Positions 38,892 to 48,501 of a stretch of DNA of 64,000 nt are shown here, one piece after another. Numbering within the stretch: position 1 is the first letter of the stretch; each line of letters starts with the position of its first letter. Both the position numbers and the translations under genes were made by a program. This DNA comes from an uncultured Nitrospina sp. (lineage in GTDB: Bacteria; Nitrospinota; Nitrospinia; Nitrospinales; VA-1). The notes under the pieces were generated by a model that had not been told where the DNA came from, searched no databases, and saw only the letters and a program-made list of their open reading frames with translations. Location of the stretch: positions 6,346 through 70,345 of the forward strand of contig CALAGQ010000039.1 of assembly GCA_937891765.1 (NCBI GenBank), read 5' to 3'.

Positions 38892-39236
38892 TTAAACATC
38901 AAACGCGGGGACAGGCGGATCCTGCCAGATATTCACCTCTGTCGACTCATCCAAAGTGATCGCGCCAAACTGGACGGTATAGGGCTTCTCGTTTTCACAA
39001 TCATACTCGACAGAAATTTTTTCTATCTCCCATTTGCCGGACTCCGGCCCAATCAGGGTTAGGCTGTGAGCAAAACTGTTCACCTCAAAGTTTCCCTCAA
39101 AATTCTTTCCGGGCTCTGCCGACCCCGACACATTTTGAAATTCCATTTTATGGTTATTGAAATTAAAATGGACAGGCTCAGACATTCCCTGCTGACCGGT
39201 TTGCACAGTGACTTTAAAAGTATTGACTTTGGGCAT
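38892..39236 (-). CDS. Hypothetical beta-sandwich-like protein (possibly PLAT/LH2-like)
   Basis: 114 aa, starting 9 nt downstream of the nifU-like gene. FKVTVQTGQQG...W.IEKISVEY resembles a PLAT layout, but this is weak. Confidence 0.5.
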   Translation of the reverse strand: MPKVNTFKVTVQTGQQGMSEPVHFNFNNHKMEFQNVSGSAEPGKNFEGNFEVNSFAHSLTLIGPESGKWEIEKISVEYDCENEKPYTVQFGAITLDESTEVNIWQDPPVPAFDV

Positions 39237-39244
39237 GGTTCACC

Positions 39245-40033
39245 TCAGGAAAAAAACGGATTTAAACCCGCTGTGTGGTCGGTTTCATCGAAAATTGCGC
39301 CCACCTTGGGCACGGCCTTTCTAAAAGAAGTATGAATGCCCTGCTTGAGGGTCAAATCGGCGGCACTGCACCCTTGGCACCCTCCCCCCATTTGTATGGT
39401 GACAGAATTCCCCCTAACAGCCATCAGGGCGATGTTGCCGCCATGTCCGGCTACCCCCGGATTCACTTCGACATCAATCACTTTTTGAATGCCTTCACGA
39501 ATTTCATCTTCTGAAGGCATATCTGCAATAATTTTTTCAGCGATAAGGCCTTCACCTGCCTCCAGCGCTCCCCGGATCGCCGCCCCAACTTCTTTAGCCA
39601 AAGAAACCCAGTCGACCAGAGTTTTATCTTTGCGGGTGATGGTCACGGTGCATTCACACACCAATACGGTTTCCACATCTTCCAGACAAAAAAGAGCTTC
39701 TGCAAGGGCAGATTCCGCCGCGCTTTCGAAATCAACAAAATACCAGGAGTGCCCATTCATCAAAGAACGGTTAACGGTGAAAAGACATTGATCACCCGTT
39801 GGCGAAGGTTGCGCCTTGATTAAAACTGCATCGGAATTTTCAGGAAAAATACTCTCAGAAATAGCCGGAATCTGAAGAACCCGGCGAACATCAGGAAAGC
39901 TCGGTGCAGGCTCTGTTTCAGGTTCTGAAAATTCTTCAGCCACTGGACTACTTTCAGTCTCTTCGACCACTGCCGGTGACTCGGGCTCCACATCCTGTTT
40001 CATGCCCGAAAAAATACGTTTTATAAAATTCAA
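39245..40033 (-). CDS. NifU/Nfu-family Fe-S cluster protein
   Basis: C-terminal NifU domain (VNPGVAGHGGNIALMAVRGNSVTIQMGGGCQGC), an Nfu_N-like middle region and an acidic N-terminus. Confidence 0.8.
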   Translation of the reverse strand: MNFIKRIFSGMKQDVEPESPAVVEETESSPVAEEFSEPETEPAPSFPDVRRVLQIPAISESIFPENSDAVLIKAQPSPTGDQCLFTVNRSLMNGHSWYFVDFESAAESALAEALFCLEDVETVLVCECTVTITRKDKTLVDWVSLAKEVGAAIRGALEAGEGLIAEKIIADMPSEDEIREGIQKVIDVEVNPGVAGHGGNIALMAVRGNSVTIQMGGGCQGCSAADLTLKQGIHTSFRKAVPKVGAIFDETDHTAGLNPFFS

Positions 40034-40286
40034 TGGATTATCTCCTATCCAAGTCAGTAGTGTTGCGAATACACAATAACGCCCTATTCTTCATATAGAT
40101 GCCAGAATCAGAAAAAAGTCGCAGATTCTACGGCAAATTTTCCCCTGAAAAGGCGACCCAGCCCTTTAACCTTGCTCCTCTACGTCCTTAGCCCTGCCTC
40201 AAATGCCTTTCCCGCAGGTGCTCAGACATCCCTGAGTGAGACAATGATTTCAAGTTTTCTATGATTACATATTATTTTCCTGCATC

Positions 40287-41384
40287 TCACAAAGTTGCAC
40301 TATCCCTGAACTCAGGTGAACGTTCATACCAGTTACGGGTTCCATTGACCAAGCGAACTACCGACAACATTACGGGAACCTCCACTAAAACTCCCACAAC
40401 AGTGGCCAGTGCAGCTCCAGACTCAAATCCAAAAAGGCTGATAGCCGTTGCTACCGCCAGTTCAAAAAAGTTACTCGCTCCAATAAGAGCGGAAGGGCCA
40501 GCCACACAATGTGCCACCCCAAGTTTGCGGTTCAATAAGTATGCCAGCCCAGAGTTTAAATACACTTGGATAAGAATAGGAACAGCGAGCAGGACAATCA
40601 CCATGGGCTGAGAAAGAATCTGATCTCCCTGAAAACCAAATAACAACACCAATGTAGCTAAAAGAGCTGTAAGGGAAAATGGGTTTAAAGTTTGAATAGT
40701 TCTTTGCAAAGCGGGTTCCCCGCCTTTTTTTAACAGACCTACCCTCCAGATTTGAGCAGCAAAAACTGGAACCACGATATATAACACCACAGATAAAAAT
40801 AGTGTCTCCCACGGGACAATAATGGAGGAGAGTCCAAGTAAAAAACCAACGATAGGCGCAAAAGCAAAAATCATGATTACATCGTTTAGAGCTACTTGGC
40901 TTAAGGTGAAATTGGGCTCACCGTTACTCAAGTTGCTCCACACAAACACCATGGCGGTACATGGTGCAGCTGCCAGGATAATTAAACCTGCAATGTAGGA
41001 ATCAATTTGATCAGCCGGCAAATAGGGTGCAAACAGATGAGAGATAAATAACCAAGCCAAGACAGCCATGGAAAAGGGTTTGATAGCCCAATTGATAAAC
41101 ACCGTGACGCCTATTCCCTTCCAATGAGAGCGCACCTTGTGTAGAACCTGAAAATCCACTTTTAAAAGCATTGGAATTATCATCAACCAAATCAAGACAG
41201 CAACTGGAATGTTGACTTTGAATATCTCAGCATGACCAATAACCTGAAAAAAACCTGGAATGAAATAACCAAGGCCAATTCCCACAACAATGCAAAGAAA
41301 TACCCAGAAAGTCAGATATTTTTCAAAGAACCCTAAACCGACCAGGTTGTTTTGTGTATCAGAGGTACTGCATTTTAAACTCAT
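40287..41384 (-). CDS. acr3: ACR3-family arsenite efflux transporter
   Basis: 365 aa, 10 TM. FFEKYLTFWVF, IILAAAPCTAMVFVWS and GASNFFELAVATAISLFG. Confidence 0.9.
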   Translation of the reverse strand: MSLKCSTSDTQNNLVGLGFFEKYLTFWVFLCIVVGIGLGYFIPGFFQVIGHAEIFKVNIPVAVLIWLMIIPMLLKVDFQVLHKVRSHWKGIGVTVFINWAIKPFSMAVLAWLFISHLFAPYLPADQIDSYIAGLIILAAAPCTAMVFVWSNLSNGEPNFTLSQVALNDVIMIFAFAPIVGFLLGLSSIIVPWETLFLSVVLYIVVPVFAAQIWRVGLLKKGGEPALQRTIQTLNPFSLTALLATLVLLFGFQGDQILSQPMVIVLLAVPILIQVYLNSGLAYLLNRKLGVAHCVAGPSALIGASNFFELAVATAISLFGFESGAALATVVGVLVEVPVMLSVVRLVNGTRNWYERSPEFRDSATL

Positions 41385-41424
41385 CCTGATTTTTGATCCT
41401 TAATTCGTGAATTAGAGGTAGCGA

Positions 41425-41789
41425 TCACACCTGAAAAGCGTTTTCGAGGTGTTCGATTTTCCATGAATCAGAGGGGTCCGCCGTCAGGGCCACCACATCG
41501 AATTGCATCGGTCTGTCCGTGATTCTCTTTCGGGCCAGAAAGCTCCGGGCAGTCTGGATAATCTTTTCTGTTTAGCAGGATTCAAGGCCTCAAAGGGATG
41601 ACCAAACTCGTGGTCCGAGCGCGCCTTGACTTCAATAAAAACGATCAACCCGGCCTTCTCGGCAATGATATCTATTCCCCCCACTTTCGAACGAAAGTTT
41701 TTTTCAAGAATACGATAGCCTTTCTTTTTCAAAAAGGCTATCGCGGCCGACTCACCTTCACGGCCAAATTGTAATCGCTTCTGAGTCAC
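41425..41789 (-). pseudogene. yraN: YraN (UPF0102) endonuclease-like gene interrupted by a 1-nt frameshift
   Basis: GTG start with SD GGAGGAGG. The N-terminal 84 aa are in one frame (GIDIIA..VFIEVKARS..). The family C-terminus KIIQTARSFLARKRITDRPMQFDVVALTADPSDSWKIEHLENAFQV continues in another frame after the A4 run (T4 on the + strand at 41564-41567). Confidence 0.75.
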
Positions 41790-41798
41790 GGAGTACCT

Positions 41799-41899
41799 CC
41801 TCCACTCGGCGTGGGGGCAAATAGCAAAAACTCATTGAGCCGAGGACACGGTTGCTTGCCAAAAAAAGTTATTGCTCATTGAGTCCAGCGTCACGCTGG
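41799..41899 (+). repeat. Copy of ~100-nt structured intergenic repeat family
   Basis: cctccac, 5' hairpin ccac/gtgg, cgtgggggcaaatagcaa, core actcattgagccgag, ttgcttgcc, aaaagttattgctcattgag, and 3' hairpin ccagcg-tca-cgctgg abutting the polA stop. Confidence 0.75.
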
Positions 41900-44590
41900 T
41901 CAGTGGGCGGTGTTCCAGTTTTTTCCCCAGCCTATATCCACAACCAGAGGGACTTTAAGGGGCAACACCTGTTCCATTTCCTGTTTGACCAGGGCCCGCA
42001 TTTCCTGTTCCTCTTCTTCCGGGCATTCAAACACTAGTTCATCGTGGACTTGCAAGATCATTCTGGATTTTAATTTTTTCTTGCTGATTTTTTTCGCCAA
42101 TTGAATCATCGCCAGCTTGATCAGGTCCGCCGCGCTTCCCTGCACCGGCGAGTTGATCGCAACTCTCTCTGCCGACTCGCGTACCTGCCGGTTCTGGCTT
42201 TTGAGATCCGGTAGATAGCGTTTTCGGTTCATAATCGTCATGGTGTAACCGGTTTCTCTGGCTTGCGCCACAGTCTCTTCCATATAAACTTTGACATTTT
42301 TATAAATCGCAAAATATTGATCGATGAATTTTTTGGCGTCCTTGGGGAAAATTTTCAACTGCCTGGACAAACCGAAAGCGCTCAAGCCATAAACAATGCC
42401 AAAGTTCACCGCCTTGGCCATTCTGCGGGCTTCCGCATCCAGACGATCCGGGGAAGTTCCGAATATTTCACAAGCGGTACGGGTGTGGATGTCTTCACCC
42501 ATTTGAAACGCATCCATCAAAGCCTCATCCTCAGAAAGATGGGCCAGGACGCGCAACTCCACTTGCGAGTAGTCTGCCGAAAGCAGATGGTTATCGCCTT
42601 CGGCGATAAATGCTTTTCTTATTTCACGCCCCATTTCGGTACGGATAGGAATGTTCTGCAGGTTCGGGTTACTGCTACTCAACCTGCCGGTCGCCGCTAC
42701 AGTCTGGTTAAACGAGGTGTGTACCCTTCCTGTTTTACTGAATATGTCCTCCTGCAAAGCATCGACGTAAGTGGACTTGAGCTTACCCAACTGCCGATAG
42801 GCCAATACCACATCAGGAAGCTCGTGCTCGGCCGCCAATTGCTCCAACACCGAGATATCGGTGGAATAACCACTCTTGGTTTTCTTGACGGTTGGCAACC
42901 CCAGCTTTTCGAACAGAATCACCGAAAGCTGTTTCGGTGAATTGATATTGAACTCCTCCCCGGCGATGGAATAGATTTGCTTCACATGCTCCTCAATCTT
43001 TTTCTGTATAATTTTAGAAAGATTTTGCAGATGACTTTTATCGAGTTTCATCCCATGAATCTCCATCTCCGCCAGAACTTCTATGAGAGGTAGCTCCAAC
43101 TCCTGAAAAAGTTTCAGATCATCGCCGTTTAAAAGAGGGGAAAGTTTTTCATACAAACGCCAGGTGATGTCCGCGTCTTCCGCTGCATACTCGGTGGCAC
43201 GCTCAACATCCACTTCATCAAACCCTATCTCCTTGGATGCGGTGCCCACCACCTCTTTATATTTGATGGTGGTGTGGTCCAGGTAGTCCCGGGCCAGATC
43301 GTCCATATTGTGTCTTCTGCCGGATGGAGTCAAAATATAGGAGGCCAGCATGGTGTCGAAGGCAACTCCCTGCAGGTTGATCCCTTCATTCCTCAACACG
43401 ATTAAATCGTATTTGATATTCTGCCCGACTTTTTTAAGTTGCGGATCTTCGAGTAACGGTTTGAGTTTCTGCAAAACCAAATCAAGGTTCAATTGGTCGG
43501 GAACCCCCAGATAGCGATGCGCTAGTGGGATGTAGCAGGCCACCCCTTCTTCACAGGATAGCGATATCCCGACGACCCGAGCTTGTACCGGATGCAGGCT
43601 GGTGGTTTCCAGATCAATCGCAAAAATTTTTGCTTTCTTTAGTTGTTTGATCCATCTCTCTAAATCGGTCTCGGTAAGTATAGCTTCATAACGGCTCTCA
43701 ACCTTTGGCGAACTCTCACCGGGGTCAGAACTCTCTTCCAGTTCCCCGAGCAAGGAGGAAAACTCAAATTCAGAAAACAATTTTCTCAACTCCACATTAT
43801 CAGGAGATTTAAACTTAAGGTCTTCCAGGTCGCCTTCCAGTTCCATCGATGTGTCAATGGTCACCAGTTGCCGACTGAGCAAGGCCATCTCCTTATCCTG
43901 AACCAGTTTTTCTTTGAGTTTTGCCTTGTCCACTTCATCGATGCGTTCATACAACTCCTTGATCGAACCGAATTTGCGGATGAGCTCCGATGCGGTTTTG
44001 GGTCCGACTCCTTTCACACCGGGAATGTGGTCGCTGGAGTCGCCCATCAATCCCATCACATCGATCACCCGGTCGGGAGTCACACCAAATTTTTCTTCCA
44101 CTTCCTCAACGCCAAACCATTTATTTTTCATGGTATCGAGCATGCGGATATCAGGGCCGATCAACTGCATCATATCCTTATCCCCACTGACGATGACCAC
44201 CCGGAAACCCGCCTTTGCCGCCTTTTTTGCCAGCGTCCCGATGATGTCATCGGCCTCAAAACCAGGAACCCTTACACCATGAATATTATAGGCCTGCACC
44301 AGTGGCTCAAAATAGGGAAATTGTTTTGCCAGATCTTCAGGAGGTGCTTCCCGGTTGGCTTTGTAGTCCGTATACATCTTGTGACGAAAGGTCTTTTCCT
44401 TACTGTCGAAAGCCACCGTCAGATAATCGGGCTTCTCATCCTTCACCACCTTTTGTAACATATTGATGAACCCGTACAGGGCATTGGTGGGAAATCCTTT
44501 AGATGTGGACAAAAATTGCCGGATGCCAAAATAGGCCCGAAAAATGTAAGAAGAACCGTCTATCAGATAGAGGGATTTAGCTTTGCTCAT
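41900..44590 (-). CDS. polA: DNA polymerase I
   Basis: 896 aa with a 5'-3' exonuclease N-terminus and family A motifs DYSQVELRVLAHLS, RRMAKAVNFGIVYG and QVHDELVFE. Confidence 0.97.
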   Translation of the reverse strand: MSKAKSLYLIDGSSYIFRAYFGIRQFLSTSKGFPTNALYGFINMLQKVVKDEKPDYLTVAFDSKEKTFRHKMYTDYKANREAPPEDLAKQFPYFEPLVQAYNIHGVRVPGFEADDIIGTLAKKAAKAGFRVVIVSGDKDMMQLIGPDIRMLDTMKNKWFGVEEVEEKFGVTPDRVIDVMGLMGDSSDHIPGVKGVGPKTASELIRKFGSIKELYERIDEVDKAKLKEKLVQDKEMALLSRQLVTIDTSMELEGDLEDLKFKSPDNVELRKLFSEFEFSSLLGELEESSDPGESSPKVESRYEAILTETDLERWIKQLKKAKIFAIDLETTSLHPVQARVVGISLSCEEGVACYIPLAHRYLGVPDQLNLDLVLQKLKPLLEDPQLKKVGQNIKYDLIVLRNEGINLQGVAFDTMLASYILTPSGRRHNMDDLARDYLDHTTIKYKEVVGTASKEIGFDEVDVERATEYAAEDADITWRLYEKLSPLLNGDDLKLFQELELPLIEVLAEMEIHGMKLDKSHLQNLSKIIQKKIEEHVKQIYSIAGEEFNINSPKQLSVILFEKLGLPTVKKTKSGYSTDISVLEQLAAEHELPDVVLAYRQLGKLKSTYVDALQEDIFSKTGRVHTSFNQTVAATGRLSSSNPNLQNIPIRTEMGREIRKAFIAEGDNHLLSADYSQVELRVLAHLSEDEALMDAFQMGEDIHTRTACEIFGTSPDRLDAEARRMAKAVNFGIVYGLSAFGLSRQLKIFPKDAKKFIDQYFAIYKNVKVYMEETVAQARETGYTMTIMNRKRYLPDLKSQNRQVRESAERVAINSPVQGSAADLIKLAMIQLAKKISKKKLKSRMILQVHDELVFECPEEEEQEMRALVKQEMEQVLPLKVPLVVDIGWGKNWNTAH

Positions 44591-44730
44591 GACTACCCCT
44601 TAAGTGTGAAAATGCTGACCAAGTATAAAGTCGTGGCTTTACCGTGTCTAATTAATTGTGGTATCATGAAAGCTTCTTCTGATTATGAACTAATTGAATT
44701 AAAAGGCTTAAGGTGGAGTCCTTCACAAAA

Positions 44731-45729
44731 ATGAGCGCCAGCAAAAAATCCACAGAAAAGCAGGATACCCAGTCGATCATTGCAACCGCCCGCAAGGTGC
44801 TGAGCATCGAAAGCCAAGCTATAGCAGGACTGGAGAGCCGGATCGATTCTCAGTTCGTCGAGGTTGTGCGCCATCTCGATCAGTGCAAACACCTCATTGT
44901 GACCGGGGTTGGAAAATCCGGATTGATCGGGAAAAAAATTGCATCCACATTTTCAAGTATCGGATTGCCCTCCCTTTTCCTGCACGCGGCAGAAGCCAGC
45001 CACGGAGACCTGGGAATGATTTCTGAAGGCGATACAGTGATTGCCATCTCCAACAGCGGAGAGACTGAAGAGATTGTCAAACTGCTGCCGATTTTTAATC
45101 GCATCCATTGCACACTGGTGGGAATGACCGGCAACAAGCAGTCCAGTCTGGCCAAAAGAAGCGATTATGTTCTCGACATCAGCGTTCAAGAAGAAGCTTG
45201 TTCTAAAGATCTTGTTCCCACAGCCAGTACAACGGCTACCTTGGCGATGGGTGACGCACTTGCCATGGCATTCATGGAATTTCGCGGCGTGCAGGAAGAA
45301 GATTTTGCGCTCAACCATCCCGGCGGTAGCCTCGGTCGAAAACTACTCACTTTGGTCGACGACCTGATGCATTCAGGGGAAGATATCCCCAAAATAAAAA
45401 AAACTGCAGACATCTATCAGGTACTCAAAGAGATATCACAAAAAAGATTGGGAATGACACTGGTGGTCGGAGATCAGGATCAGCTTCTCGGTATCATTAC
45501 CGATGGAGATTTAAGACGCCTGATTGAAAAGCAAAAAGATATTTCCCAAGCCACTGCCAAAGATATGATGGGCGGCCAACCTAAAACTATTACCAAGAAT
45601 ACACTAGCAGCAAAAGCGGTTAGAATCATGCAGGACCACTCCATCACCTCCCTAGTAGTGCTCAGTGATGACCAGAAAATAGAAGGAATCATTCATCTGC
45701 ACGATATTCTCAAAGCAGGTGTCGTTTAA
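44731..45729 (+). CDS. kdsD: Arabinose-5-phosphate isomerase (KdsD/KpsF; SIS + CBS pair)
   Basis: VTGVGKSGLIGKKIASTFSSIGLPSLFLHAAEASHGDLGM followed by two CBS motifs. ATG 44731 is preceded by AAGGTGGAG; GTG 44713 is an alternative start. Confidence 0.88.
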   Translation: MSASKKSTEKQDTQSIIATARKVLSIESQAIAGLESRIDSQFVEVVRHLDQCKHLIVTGVGKSGLIGKKIASTFSSIGLPSLFLHAAEASHGDLGMISEGDTVIAISNSGETEEIVKLLPIFNRIHCTLVGMTGNKQSSLAKRSDYVLDISVQEEACSKDLVPTASTTATLAMGDALAMAFMEFRGVQEEDFALNHPGGSLGRKLLTLVDDLMHSGEDIPKIKKTADIYQVLKEISQKRLGMTLVVGDQDQLLGIITDGDLRRLIEKQKDISQATAKDMMGGQPKTITKNTLAAKAVRIMQDHSITSLVVLSDDQKIEGIIHLHDILKAGVV

Positions 45730-45759
45730 CCCTTACCTGAATCATTTTCAATTAAAACT

Positions 45760-48396
45760 ATGACCGGCGACGAACTTAGAAAAAAATTTCTGCACTATTT
45801 TGAAGACCGGGGACACACCATCGTGCCCAGCTGTTCCCTCGTCCCTCAAAATGATCCGACTCTCATGTTTACCAACGCCGGAATGGTGCAGTTTAAAGAC
45901 ATTTTTCTGGGAGAAGAGAAAAGAAGCTATAACCGCGCCGTGTCGGTGCAAAAATGTGTTCGCGCCGGTGGAAAACACAACGATCTGGAAATGGTCGGGC
46001 GCACGTCCCGACACCACACTTTTTTTGAAATGCTCGGCAACTTTTCGTTCGGCGATTATTTCAAAAAAGAAGCCATTCAGTTTGGCTGGGAATTCTTAAC
46101 AGATGTGATTGGCCTGCCCCGCGATCGCTTATACATTTCTGTCTACGAAGATGATGACGAAACTTTCAATCTGTGGGTTGATGAAATAAAAATGCCGCGC
46201 GAGCGGATCTACAAGATGGGAGAAAAGGACAACTTCTGGGCCATGGGCCCCACCGGCCCCTGTGGCCCCTGCTCGGAAATATTTATCGACCAGGGTAAAG
46301 CAGTCGGTTGCGGAAAACCTTCCTGCGAGGTCGGTTGCAATTGTGACCGCTTCCTGGAAATCTGGAATCTGGTTTTCATGCAATATAACCGGGATGCAGA
46401 AGGCAAACTCACTCCGCTTCCCAACCCTTGTATTGATACGGGCATGGGACTGGAAAGACTGGCCGCTGTTGTTCAAGGGCGCACCACCAATTACGACACC
46501 GATCTCATGATGTCCATCATCACTGAGGCGGCCCGCATCACAGGCAAAGAATATGGCAGGCAGGATGAAGTGGATGTCTCTCTGCGAGTGCTGACCGATC
46601 ATGCCCGCGCTTCCGTATTCCTGATCAGCGATGGTGTCATTCCCTCTAACGAGGGCCGGGGTTATGTCTTGCGTAAAATCATGCGGCGGGCTCTTCGGCA
46701 CGGAAAACTTCTTGAGCAGAAAGGCCCCTTCTTTTACCGCATCACCAGTAAGGTGGTCGACGATTTTAAAGACGCTTATCCAGAGTTATTCACCAACAAG
46801 GACTTCATTCAAAAAGTGGTCCTCAACGAAGAAGAAAGTTTCGGCAATACTCTGCATTATGGAACTCAGCGTCTGGAAGAAATTCTTGGAAAAGTGCAGA
46901 AGGAAAAACTCACCGTCATACCCGGAGAAGAAATTTTCAAACTCTATGATACCTACGGTTTTCCTACCGATCTGGTTGAAGAAACCGCCAAGGATGCCGG
47001 ACTGACGCTCGACATGGAAGGTTACACCCGAGCCATGAACGAGCAGAAGACCAAAGCCACGGCATCCTGGAAAGGATCGGGAGAAAAAGAAGTTGCGCCC
47101 TTCTATAAAGAGTACCGGCAATCCTCACCCCCCACTGTCTTTGAAGGTTATGAAACCACTCAAGGTCAGGGTCAGGTATTGGCTATTTTAAAAAGCCATG
47201 CACCTGTAGATTCCGCCAAGGCTGGAGATGAAATAGAATTTTTAACCGACAAAACTCCTTTTTATGGAGAATCAGGAGGTCAGGCTGGCGACTCCGGGCG
47301 GGCGTTTAATGAAAATGTTCGACTGGAACTTGGTGACGCGACCAAGCCCCTGCCCGGCCTGATCGTTCATAAAGCAAAAATCATTCAGGGGACCCTGCAG
47401 ACTGGAGACAACCTGACACTGGAGGTGAGCGCCGAGACCCGAGGTAACACCGCGCTCAACCATTCCGCCACCCACCTCTTGCATGCGGCGCTCAAGGAAG
47501 TTCTGGGCGAACACATCAAACAGGCGGGCTCGCTGGTCGCACCCGACCGGTTGCGTTTTGATTACACGCATTTTTCGCCCTTAACGGATAAGGAAAGAGT
47601 CCGCATCGAATCGCGTGTGAATGAAAAGATCCGCGATAATATCCAGGTCGCAACACAGGAAATGGATATCGACACCGCCATCAAAGAAGGTGCAGTGGCT
47701 CTGTTTGGAGAAAAATATGGCGACACAGTTCGTGTTGTCAATGTGCCTGGTTTCAGCAAGGAATTATGCGGCGGCACTCATGTAACCGCAACTGGCGATA
47801 TCGGCTTGTTCCGCATTACCTCTGAAGGAGGCATCGCCTCCGGCGTGCGGCGCATCGAGGCTGTCACCGGCGCCACGGCTTATAACACTATCCGGGGCGA
47901 ACAGGAATCTTTAGCTGCAATACGTGGACTGTTGAAAGCACCATCCAACGAGGAAATTGCCAAGCTGAAAAAACTGTTGGAGAAAAACCGGCAGTTGGAA
48001 AAAGAAGTCACCACGCTCAAGGAAAAAATGGTCAGCGGTCAGGAGTCTACCAGCATCGACGAGGTGCAAAAAATCGGCGAGGTTTCGCTGCTGATCAAAA
48101 AACTGGACGGCATGGATGCAAAAACCCTGCGTACTTTTATCGACAATGCCAAAAACCAATTAAAATCCGGCATCGTGGTCGTGGGCTCTGTTGCCGACGG
48201 CAAGGTTTCCATGGCGGTAGGTGTCACCAAGGACCTGACCGGTAAATTCCATGCCGGAAATATCATCAAGGAAATAGCCGTAATCGTTGGGGGGAGCGGC
48301 GGCGGTCGACCTGACATGGCACAGGCCGGCGGTTCCGAGATAGACAAAATTGATGAAGCCCTCAAAAAGGCCGAAGAATTGATCCGCGCCACCTGA
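45760..48396 (+). CDS. alaS: Alanine--tRNA ligase
   Basis: 878 aa with FTNAGMVQFK, an editing domain and C-terminal GGGRPDMAQAGG. Confidence 0.97.
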   Translation: MTGDELRKKFLHYFEDRGHTIVPSCSLVPQNDPTLMFTNAGMVQFKDIFLGEEKRSYNRAVSVQKCVRAGGKHNDLEMVGRTSRHHTFFEMLGNFSFGDYFKKEAIQFGWEFLTDVIGLPRDRLYISVYEDDDETFNLWVDEIKMPRERIYKMGEKDNFWAMGPTGPCGPCSEIFIDQGKAVGCGKPSCEVGCNCDRFLEIWNLVFMQYNRDAEGKLTPLPNPCIDTGMGLERLAAVVQGRTTNYDTDLMMSIITEAARITGKEYGRQDEVDVSLRVLTDHARASVFLISDGVIPSNEGRGYVLRKIMRRALRHGKLLEQKGPFFYRITSKVVDDFKDAYPELFTNKDFIQKVVLNEEESFGNTLHYGTQRLEEILGKVQKEKLTVIPGEEIFKLYDTYGFPTDLVEETAKDAGLTLDMEGYTRAMNEQKTKATASWKGSGEKEVAPFYKEYRQSSPPTVFEGYETTQGQGQVLAILKSHAPVDSAKAGDEIEFLTDKTPFYGESGGQAGDSGRAFNENVRLELGDATKPLPGLIVHKAKIIQGTLQTGDNLTLEVSAETRGNTALNHSATHLLHAALKEVLGEHIKQAGSLVAPDRLRFDYTHFSPLTDKERVRIESRVNEKIRDNIQVATQEMDIDTAIKEGAVALFGEKYGDTVRVVNVPGFSKELCGGTHVTATGDIGLFRITSEGGIASGVRRIEAVTGATAYNTIRGEQESLAAIRGLLKAPSNEEIAKLKKLLEKNRQLEKEVTTLKEKMVSGQESTSIDEVQKIGEVSLLIKKLDGMDAKTLRTFIDNAKNQLKSGIVVVGSVADGKVSMAVGVTKDLTGKFHAGNIIKEIAVIVGGSGGGRPDMAQAGGSEIDKIDEALKKAEELIRAT

Positions 48397-48501
48397 TCTC
48401 CCTATTTTTTTAAAGTCCTATAGAAATGGGTTGGGGAATCCTGTATTATTTCTTACTATCCATTCATTTAGCCGGTTTAATTTTCCCGGAAAGGATCATA
48501 T

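Noticed and set aside
41838-41857. GAGCCG-aggaca-CGGTTG in the 41799 repeat copy resembles a miniature group II intron domain V.
   Set aside because: The pairing is not conserved in the other three copies. It is far shorter than the 34-nt domain V, and no intron-encoded protein or other intron domains are present.
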